Source of the DNA: Kiritimatiellia bacterium
Lineage (GTDB): Bacteria; Verrucomicrobiota; Kiritimatiellia; RFP12; UBA1067
Reading direction: 5' to 3'
NCBI GenBank assembly: GCA_028686345.1
Contig: JAQUCE010000009.1
Location: forward strand, 1,343 to 65,342
DNA: 64,000 bases
Shown: positions 29,520 to 37,421 of the stretch, one piece after another
Layout: each line of letters opens with the position of its first letter
How positions within the stretch are numbered: position 1 is the first letter of the stretch
The notes under the pieces: model-generated
What the model was told of the DNA's origin: nothing
What the model saw: the letters and a program-made list of their open reading frames with translations, nothing else
Databases searched by the model: none
Program-made: the position numbers and the translations under genes

Positions 29520-30795
29520 GTTTCCTGATTTTGAACAACGCCTTCTGTCTTTAGAGATTGACACCGATCATGACGGTCTCACGGACAAAGTAGAGGCGGA
29601 AATCGGCACCGATTCACGTCAGCCTGATGCCGATGGCGACGGCTTTGGTGATGGCTGGGAGGTTGCTAACAACATGAACCCTCTGGTTAATAACACAACT
29701 AATGGAGACCCCGACAATGATCCCGGAGCCGACCCTGATAAAGACGGCTTGACTAATTACGACGAATATCTGAATAATACCAATCCCTTCAAAAAAGACA
29801 GTGATGATGACGGCGTAAATGATATAATCGAAATCGCTCAAGGATCAAAGCCGATGGACGGCTCCGATGGCGGACTGCCACCGCCCGCGGATGACATTCT
29901 GGAGCTGCCCTTCAGCGTCGGCGGCGACTGGGCCGCCTGGGAGATGACCGTCTCCGGCATCAGTGGGTCCGACACCCGCATCATGAAACTTAGTACCGAC
30001 GCCCCCGGCGGATCGGAGAACGTGACATTGAAACTGCATAAAGGTAACTCATACAGAGTGACAATGAGTTGGCTGGGCTCCGGCGAGCATGTCGATCCGT
30101 ACTGGTACTGCTGGGAGGCCAAGATCGGCGGCCTGCCCACCAACCGGCTTGAGATATTCACCTGCGACAACCTCTCCACCGGACTCTGGAACTCCGCCGC
30201 AGTTGTAACACTCGATCTCACCACCAACCGCTATCTCTGGACAGACTCCACCACAGCCCCGCGCCGCTTCTACCACTGCTTCGCTCTGCAGGATTCAGAT
30301 GGAGATGGCATCACCACCGGACACGAAAAGCTCTTCTATGGTACTGACCCAGCTCTCTACGACACCGACGGCGATGATCTCTCGGATAGCTTCGAGCTCT
30401 TTGAAAACAGCTACACCAACACCATCCTCGGCTGCCCGACCACACTCTGGAGCGATCCCCTGGTCAAAGACTCCGATGGCGATGGGCTGGATGACGGAGA
30501 GGAACGTCTGCTGGGAACCGACCCCTGGCGGATCGACTCCGACGGCGACCTCCTCTCCGATTACGAGGAGGTCAACGGCAACCCCGCCACCGACCCGCTT
30601 GATCCAGACAGCGATGATGATGGTCTTACCGATTACGATGAGCAGGTGCTCGGCACCAATCCGCTCAAGGCCGATACCGATGGCGATGGCCTCACCGACT
30701 ACGAGGAGGCCAACGGAATTCCTGCCACCGATCTCCGTCAGCCCGACACCGACGGGGACGGACTCACGGATAAGTGGGATGTAATTTCCGTCCAC
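29464..30795 (+). pseudogene. remnant of the toxin N-terminal/TSP3 region lacking signal peptide and C-terminal domains, with an internal repeat-mediated deletion
   Basis: ~30124-30725 matches ~18858-19425 of the full-length gene, then jumps directly to sequence matching ~20277-20343 (…DTDGDGLTDKW). Similarity ends there. The rest of the 562-aa ORF is probably non-coding read-through that overlaps the next gene. Confidence 0.5.
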
Positions 30796-30958
30796 CGCAT
30801 AGCGGCGGACATACTGAAAGCAACGCAGTATATGCCCGCTATGCGGTGGATGACTGATAAACAAGCCGCAACTCGGGGCGGAGTTTTAAATCGTAATCCG
30901 CTATCGCACAAAATACGACGCTTGACACACGAAGTGCAATTCGTGTATTTTATAGCGC

Positions 30959-31354
30959 ATGAACAGCACTGCAGGAAAACAAGAGATAGCTTCAGGAGCC
31001 AAAGAGCCCTTGTCAAGATGGACCTTTCTAACCAATCATGCCCATGTTTTATTGTGTTTGGCCAAATCACCGGATATGCGCATTCGGGATCTGGCAGATG
31101 CGGTGGGAATAACTCAGCGTGCTGTTCAGCGCATTATTGCAGAGCTTGCTGAAGAGAGATATATTGATATCAAGCGCGATGGCCGCTGCAATAAATACAC
31201 GATGAACACAGCGATGCGCTTGAAGCATCCGGTTGAGTCGCATCGGATGGTAGCGGATCTGTTGCGCTTAATAACGGAGTGCTCTCATTCAATTGCGGAG
31301 TGTCAAAAGATGCAGCCGAAATCGTTGGAGGCAGCAGACAGGAGCTCTGAATGA
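30959..31354 (+). CDS. winged-helix transcriptional regulator (ArsR/MarR-like HTH)
   Basis: HTH segment …RIRDLADAVGITQRAVQRIIAELAEERYIDIKRDGR…. 4-nt overlap (ATGA) with the downstream MFS gene. Confidence 0.5.
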   Translation: MNSTAGKQEIASGAKEPLSRWTFLTNHAHVLLCLAKSPDMRIRDLADAVGITQRAVQRIIAELAEERYIDIKRDGRCNKYTMNTAMRLKHPVESHRMVADLLRLITECSHSIAECQKMQPKSLEAADRSSE

Positions 31355-32532
31355 CAAGACGCTGGATTGTTTTGAGCGCCGGGATTCTAATTCAGACCAT
31401 CCTGGGAGGGATCTACGCGTGGAGCACAGTCACCCCGTGGCTGGAAGCGGATTACGCTCTTAGCAAGGGGCAATGCGGCTTTATCTTTGGAATGGCAATT
31501 GCGGTTTTTACGCTGGTCATGGTTGCGGCAGGTCACCTCCTAAATCGAAAAGGACCACGTTTCACAGCGGTGACCGGCGGAGTTCTGTTTATGGGAGGGT
31601 ATCTTCTGGCCTCTTTTTCAAAGGGTTCTTTTCCGTTGCTGGCCTTGAGCTTAGGCGGGATGGTTGGGGCTGGAATTGGCTTCAGTTATGTTTGTCCGCT
31701 ATCAGTGGGCATGAAGTGGTTTCCCGGTAAGAAGGGGCTGGTAACTGGTGCGGCTGTTGCCGGGTTTGGGGGCGGGGCAATTCTGTTTTCGTTTGTGGCA
31801 GGCAAAGTGCATCATTCCGGTATGGATGTTTTGGAGTTCTTCCGTTGGTTTAGTCTGCTCTCTGGCCCCATCTTGATTATAGCATCGTTGTTTTTAACCG
31901 ATCCTGTTGTCGCAAAGAAAACAGCGGTCAATTGCGGTTTGTCAGCAATCTGGACTTTGCCGTTTGGTGTCATGTTGCTTTGCATGTTTGCAGGCACCTT
32001 TGCTGGTCTGCTGATTGTCGGAAATCTGGCGCCCTTGCTCATGGGGGGTGGCATGCTGGCAAATAAAGCCAGGGCCTCTGTCGCGATATTTTCGATTGGC
32101 AACGCAGCTGGACGGATACTCTGGGGGTATGTTTTTGATCATCTTGGTTACAAGACTATTCTGCTCTCTTTGGCTTGCATGACCCTTTTTTGTATGTTTC
32201 TTTTGATGCCGCTCTCAAACTGGTACCTGTTTTTCACGGTTGCTCTGCTGGGTTTTGGTTTTGGATCTAACTTTGTTATTTACGCGGCAACTGTTTCACG
32301 CTTCTACGGTGATGCTTCTTTTCCCACGCTTTACCCGATCTGTTTTCTGGCATATGGACTGGCAGGTATTATAGGGCCGGGGCTGGGTGGCTTTTTGTAT
32401 GACCATACCGCGTCTTACAACGCCGGGCTTTATCTCAGTATCGGGGTGCTCTCTTTCTCGGGTTTAATTGCAACGCTCTGTTTTCGCAGTTCAGATTGGG
32501 TGTACAAAAAAAAGGATGAAAATAATGGATAA
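31351..32532 (+). CDS. MFS transporter (oxalate/formate antiporter-like subfamily)
   Basis: 12 TM segments. Motif …PGKKGLVTGAAVAGFGGGAILF… is typical of the OFA family. Confidence 0.75.
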   Translation: MTRRWIVLSAGILIQTILGGIYAWSTVTPWLEADYALSKGQCGFIFGMAIAVFTLVMVAAGHLLNRKGPRFTAVTGGVLFMGGYLLASFSKGSFPLLALSLGGMVGAGIGFSYVCPLSVGMKWFPGKKGLVTGAAVAGFGGGAILFSFVAGKVHHSGMDVLEFFRWFSLLSGPILIIASLFLTDPVVAKKTAVNCGLSAIWTLPFGVMLLCMFAGTFAGLLIVGNLAPLLMGGGMLANKARASVAIFSIGNAAGRILWGYVFDHLGYKTILLSLACMTLFCMFLLMPLSNWYLFFTVALLGFGFGSNFVIYAATVSRFYGDASFPTLYPICFLAYGLAGIIGPGLGGFLYDHTASYNAGLYLSIGVLSFSGLIATLCFRSSDWVYKKKDENNG

Positions 32533-33043
32533 AAAACCGTTAGTTGCCATATTGATGGGCAGCTTGTCAGACAAAGAAGTGATGGCGGAAACCGCGAAAG
32601 CTCTGACGGAATTTGGCATACCGTTTGAAGCGCATGTTATGTCGGCCCACCGCACGCCTGAGCGCGTCCATGAATTCGTGAGTGGCGCGTACGAAAAGGG
32701 AATACGGGTGATGGTCGCAGGTGCCGGTAAATCCGCTCATCTGGCGGGGGTGGTTGCATCGCTTACATGTATTCCCGTGATTGGGGTGCCAATGGAGACA
32801 TCGGATTTAGGCGGGCTGGATTCATTACTTTCAACAGTTCAGATGCCGCCGGGAATTCCTGTCGGCACAACCGCAATCGGGAAGTCAGGCGCCCGTAATG
32901 CCGGTTTGCTGGCAGTTTCGATATTGGCAGTACACAATGTCGAATTGTATGAAAAACTGAAGCTCTTTAGGGTATCCATGGCAGCCAAAGTTAATTCGGC
33001 GGACGAGGAACTGCAGAATGAGCCATGGGTTGCTGGCCAGTGA
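32526..33043 (+). CDS. purE: 5-(carboxyamino)imidazole ribonucleotide mutase
   Basis: MDKKPLVAILMGSLSDKEVM…GAGKSAHLAGVVAS…IPVIGVP. The start is taken at the internal Met of the 191-aa ORF. Confidence 0.85.
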
Positions 33044-33084
33044 AAGATAGGCAATTACGATTAAGAGTTGGTTTTTTATGGATT

Positions 33085-33399
33085 TATTAACAACAAAACG
33101 GCAAATGGCTGTGGCCTGGATTCGGCGAGAACTCTCGTGTTCTGAAATGGATGTGCGAGCGTATTGACGGCAAGGTGGGGGCCAGAGAGACTCCGATTGG
33201 TCTGATGCCGCTGGAAGGCGACATCACCCTCGATGGTTTGGACATACCGGCCAAAGACTGGGATGAGTTAATGAAGGTTGATACCCAGCTCTTCAAGTCA
33301 ACCCTTGCTGATGCTGAGGCATACCTTGCTCAGTTTGGGGATAAACTCCCCAAACGCATGACAGAGCAGTTGGATGCGTTAAAACTCCGTCTGGGTTAA
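33085..33399 (+). pseudogene. pckG: 3' remnant (~100 codons) of GTP-dependent phosphoenolpyruvate carboxykinase
   Basis: Translation …NGKWLWPGFGENSRVLKWMCERIDGKVGARETPIGLMP…DWDELMKVD… matches the conserved C-terminus of PEPCK-GTP. An in-frame TAA lies immediately upstream and the preceding ~600 codons are absent (purE occupies that space). Confidence 0.6.
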
Positions 33400-33578
33400 T
33401 TCATCAATCTCCCGATGAGAGATCTTTTGCTGAATCTCTCATCGGGATTATAGGTTATCCTCGCTCCTGGCTCTGCTTTGAGACGCAGGGTTTTTACTAC
33501 TTTACGCGTGACATTTTTTGAAAAATTGTCATAATAAGAAGTTCTTTTGATTACAATAGGATAAATGAGTACAAATTT

Positions 33579-35468
33579 ATGAAAAAGAAAACTACAACGA
33601 AAAATGTCGAGTGCGCCCCGGTTTCGGAAAAACCAAGAGTACGCATCACTGACACAACCCTGCGGGATGCGCATCAATCGCTGTGGGCCACGCGCCTGCG
33701 CACCGACGATATTTTGGCCATTGCCGAGGATATCGATAATGTGGGTTACTACTCATTGGAGTGCTGGGGCGGGGCGACCTTTGATGTCTGCCTGCGCTTT
33801 CTGCGCGAAAACCCCTGGGAACGTCTGCGTTTGGTCAAGGCTGTCTGCAAGCGCACACCGCTGCAGATGCTGCTGCGTGGCCAGAATATTCTTGGCTACA
33901 AACACTATCCGGATGATGTTTTGGAGCGCTTTATCGCCCTGGCCTGTGAGAACGGCATGGATATCTTCCGCATCTTTGACGCCCTGAATGACTCCCGTAA
34001 TCTGGAGCAGGCCATCAAATGCGTCAAGAAATACGGCGGCCATGCCCAGGGAACGATCAGCTACACCTTCAGCCCTGTGCATACCGTGGAAAAATTTGTC
34101 GAGCTTGCCAAAGAGCAGGAGTCCATGGGTGTTGATACCATCTGTATCAAAGATATGGCGGGTATTCTGACATCAGGCGCGGCCGAGACTCTGGTGCGAG
34201 CCCTGACAAAGGCCCTCGCCATCCCGGTTCAGCTTCACTCGCACATGACCAGCGGCATGGCGCCCGCCATGTATCTCTCGGCTGTCAAAGCCGGATGCGG
34301 TACGATTGACACCGCTGTTTCCACCATGGCCGGCTACTCGTCGCAACCACCGTGCGAGACCATGGTCGCTATCCTTGAGAGCGAGGGGTATGACACCGGT
34401 ATTGACCATAAGCGCCTCGCCCTTGTCAACAATTATTTCAAAGATCTCAAGCGCAAGCGCGAGCCGAAAGCAGGGCCGATTGAGCTGATCGACGCCGGTG
34501 TGCTGCAACACCACATTCCCGGCGGAATGATCTCAAACCTGCGCTCACAGCTTCAGCAGCAGGGAGCCTTGGATCGCCTGCCTGAGGTGCTGGAAGAGCT
34601 GCCGCGTACCCGCAAGGATCTGGGGTATCCTCCGCTGGTCACACCTACCAGTCAGATCGTTGGTGTTCAATCAGTGCTGAATGTGCTCTCAGGCAAACGC
34701 TATGAGATGGTCACCCAGGAGACGCGCAACTATGTTCAAGGTCTCTATGGCCGCTCACCAGCTAAGATTGACGCCAAGCTGGTGAAGCAGATTTTAAAGG
34801 GCGAAAAGCCTGTGACCTGCCGCCCCGCTGATCTGTTGAAGCCCGGGTTGGCTGATGCCGCTGCCGCGCTGGATCCCAAGCTGATCCAAAAGGAGGAGGA
34901 TATCCTCTCCTACTGCATCTTCCCTGAGGTGGCGATTGGATATTTCAAATGGCGCAATCAGCCTGAGGGCCAACGCGATTCTATTCCAGCCGACCTTGAG
35001 GAGCAGGAGGCTGAGGCACCGGTTGTGCCGCCCCCAGCCGCGCCTGTTCCAGTGGCCGATGAAGATCAGAAGTATGTTGAGATCGGCAAGCTGGTGGCCT
35101 CGTTGGCAAGCCTCCTGGGGGTTGTCGGCGGCGGCGCGACTGTACCGCTGGCGCTGAGCACTGTCCCCGCACCGATCATTGCCCCTGCTGTTGCCGCGCC
35201 TGCTAAAAAAGAGCCGGCACCAGCCATCAGCGGAGCCACGATCAACGCGCCGCTGAATGGCACCTTCTACCGCTCAGGCTCGCCTGGTGAGCCGGATCTG
35301 GCGAAAGAGGGTGGTAAGGTCAAGGCCGGTGATCCTATTTGCGTGGTTGAGGCAATGAAGCTTTTCAATCAGATCAAAGCTGATAAGCCGCTCACGATTC
35401 TCAGCTTTCTCCTGAAGCACGGCGACCCGGTTTCCAAAGGACAGCCCATGGCAGTGGTAAAATACTAA
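33579..35468 (+). CDS. oxaloacetate decarboxylase alpha subunit / pyruvate carboxylase subunit B family (carboxyltransferase 5S + C-terminal biotinyl domain)
   Basis: HMGL-like TIM-barrel N-domain (…DTTLRDAHQSL…), conserved PYC_OADA region and C-terminal biotin attachment motif VVEAMKL. Confidence 0.8.
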   Translation: MKKKTTTKNVECAPVSEKPRVRITDTTLRDAHQSLWATRLRTDDILAIAEDIDNVGYYSLECWGGATFDVCLRFLRENPWERLRLVKAVCKRTPLQMLLRGQNILGYKHYPDDVLERFIALACENGMDIFRIFDALNDSRNLEQAIKCVKKYGGHAQGTISYTFSPVHTVEKFVELAKEQESMGVDTICIKDMAGILTSGAAETLVRALTKALAIPVQLHSHMTSGMAPAMYLSAVKAGCGTIDTAVSTMAGYSSQPPCETMVAILESEGYDTGIDHKRLALVNNYFKDLKRKREPKAGPIELIDAGVLQHHIPGGMISNLRSQLQQQGALDRLPEVLEELPRTRKDLGYPPLVTPTSQIVGVQSVLNVLSGKRYEMVTQETRNYVQGLYGRSPAKIDAKLVKQILKGEKPVTCRPADLLKPGLADAAAALDPKLIQKEEDILSYCIFPEVAIGYFKWRNQPEGQRDSIPADLEEQEAEAPVVPPPAAPVPVADEDQKYVEIGKLVASLASLLGVVGGGATVPLALSTVPAPIIAPAVAAPAKKEPAPAISGATINAPLNGTFYRSGSPGEPDLAKEGGKVKAGDPICVVEAMKLFNQIKADKPLTILSFLLKHGDPVSKGQPMAVVKY

Positions 35469-35700
35469 AGCAGCCAGTCGCCGCCTGTCTGAGCGCAACG
35501 CACAGGCAGGCAACCAAAAGAGCTTGTGTGATGTGCGGAAGTTTTTCGCCCTCACATAAAAGGTTATGATTATGAGCCCGCTGCTACAGTAACAAACGCT
35601 GCGCGTTTGGAGAAACGAAGGTAACTTCGCAATAGCGGAGCGGAGAACAAAGAGCACGCTTCCGGCTTCAGGCTGCTCAATAGCTACGCCTGCCCTTTAC
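35463..35700. repeat. gene-3' repeat family R2 copy plus the adjoining 'gagcccgctgctacagtaacaaacgc…' module
   Basis: Matches copies at ~44168-44360 and ~50310-50520. Confidence 0.6.
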
Positions 35701-35918
35701 CCTTAATTTAGAACTGGGCAATATCATGTGTCCTCCAGCAACGCAAATCCCATACACATAAACTGAAACTCAGTATATCCCTGCCAGAGCACTTGGTGGC
35801 CGGGAGGCGGGTTGTTTTCTCGATTAAGATATCCCCTCTGTTTTTCTACCCCAAAAACAACCTAGCGCACCCTCTGAGAGATAAAAAGCGTATAACGCAA
35901 TTTTTTAAGGACGATCTC

Positions 35919-37418
35919 TCACCCAGCCATGCGCGCCCAGCCCCGACGCGCAGGAGAGAGGGGCGGCAAGTCGAGGAGCTCACGACCGCGCTTGACATAA
36001 TATATATAGTTCTCGAGCGGCGTACCGTTCGTGATGCGGTGGTCGAGCCCGAACACGATTCCGCCTTTCTGCATCAACGGCTGCATCTTGTATTCGAGCT
36101 CCCGGTCGATGTCTGCCTTACTTTGGCGAAGTACATGCTTGTCGATCCCGCCCAGCAGTGCTAGGCGGTGGCCGTATTTTTTCCGGATTTCAACAATATC
36201 CATGCCCGCCGCCGGCTCACAGGGGTGCATCATGTTGACCCCGCACTCCAGAAAAACATCAATAACCGGCATCATGAAGCCGTCGCTATCCTGGTTGAAC
36301 AGCCGCGTGCCATGGCTCGACACAACATCCCAGCAGGCGCGGTAGTAAGGGGCAATGAACTCCCTGATGGTGTCGGGGCCGATCAATGGTCCGCTTTTGC
36401 CGGCCATGTCCTCATGCACGAAGAGCTGATCAATTGTGATCCTCTCACAGGTACGTTCAAGCACTTTGACGGATGTGTCCCGGATGGTGGCGATAATGTC
36501 GTGCATCAGCTCGGGCTGCAGGTAATAGCCCAGGCAGGCCTCCTCTTCGCCCATTAGCTCCCGCACAATGTCCCAGCCGCCCGGGATCTCGACACTCACA
36601 AGGTGTCCCTGTTCCTGCAGTGACAGCGCCTGCTCATGCAGGGTTGCGGCGGCTGTGATCATAACCGACGCGCTCAGCACAAACATCAGCGTCGCGCTGA
36701 CCGCCGCGTCGCGCCTCTGCATCCTCCAATCCGCCATTGTCCAGCCATGATCTTTCACCTGTCCACTGCGGATCAGGAATGCGAAGACCGAAACAGTCGT
36801 GCCCACCATACCCGCCAGAATCACCATCGAACTGTTGTCGCTGCCCTCGGCTACCGCAGGCATCCTGGGCACGAACCCGCTGAGAACCGTTGCGGCGTTG
36901 GGGAAAAACCTGATGGCGGAGCCTATAAACGCCACCCCCATCAGAGCCACCAGCACGCTCAGCAACGCCTCAAAGCGTGCGGTGTTTCCGATCAGAATCA
37001 GTGCGTACACCAGCGTCGCCAGAGCGATGCCAATCAGCAAACGATCAGCCTCGATGGCCCATGCCTCCTGGAACCAAACCAAGATCACATCGGTCAGCAG
37101 ACCCAGCATCGCCATCAAGGCGGAGAGAATAATTACCGAGAGTGCGCCCCAGAGTATCCAGGCATACGCTGGGTGAATATGCCTGTGATAAGCCTCCATG
37201 GCAGTCATACCGGATGCCATTGTAAAGCGGCTGAAAAAGTTGATCAGATACCAGGTGATCAGACAGCTCAGCAGAACGGCCCACAGCAGGTCGCACCCAA
37301 AGTTAGCCCCGGCCTTGCTCATCGCGGTCAGGCTGCCTGTCCCGATGTTGTACCCGATCAGGAAGATCCCCGGCATCAGAGAACGGAAGATCTGTTTTAT
37401 GCGGTCTGATCGGCTCAT
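35919..37418 (-). CDS. chimeric ORF: N-terminal half of an Nramp (MntH-like) divalent-metal transporter fused to the C-terminal part of a uroporphyrinogen-decarboxylase (URO-D/MtaA-like) domain; likely gene remnant/fusion
   Basis: Residues ~1-270 align with Nramp TM1-TM6/7 (…GIFLIGYNIGTGSLTAMSKAGANFGCDLLWAVLLS…). Residues ~280-499 resemble the C-terminal two-thirds of URO-D family enzymes (…LLGGIDKHVL…). Neither domain is complete. Confidence 0.45.
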   Translation of the reverse strand: MSRSDRIKQIFRSLMPGIFLIGYNIGTGSLTAMSKAGANFGCDLLWAVLLSCLITWYLINFFSRFTMASGMTAMEAYHRHIHPAYAWILWGALSVIILSALMAMLGLLTDVILVWFQEAWAIEADRLLIGIALATLVYALILIGNTARFEALLSVLVALMGVAFIGSAIRFFPNAATVLSGFVPRMPAVAEGSDNSSMVILAGMVGTTVSVFAFLIRSGQVKDHGWTMADWRMQRRDAAVSATLMFVLSASVMITAAATLHEQALSLQEQGHLVSVEIPGGWDIVRELMGEEEACLGYYLQPELMHDIIATIRDTSVKVLERTCERITIDQLFVHEDMAGKSGPLIGPDTIREFIAPYYRACWDVVSSHGTRLFNQDSDGFMMPVIDVFLECGVNMMHPCEPAAGMDIVEIRKKYGHRLALLGGIDKHVLRQSKADIDRELEYKMQPLMQKGGIVFGLDHRITNGTPLENYIYYVKRGRELLDLPPLSPARRGWARMAG

Positions 37419-37421
37419 AGG

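Noticed and set aside
29464-31152. 562-aa ORF as an intact protein
   Set aside because: Homology to the toxin gene ends at ~30790. The remainder has no protein-like features and overlaps, out of frame, a well-formed HTH regulator gene (30959..31354). It is treated as a remnant plus read-through.
36636-37409. 257-aa plus-strand ORF (His/Gln/Arg-rich)
   Set aside because: Antisense to the Nramp-like membrane domain. Its composition is typical of a reverse-strand artefact.
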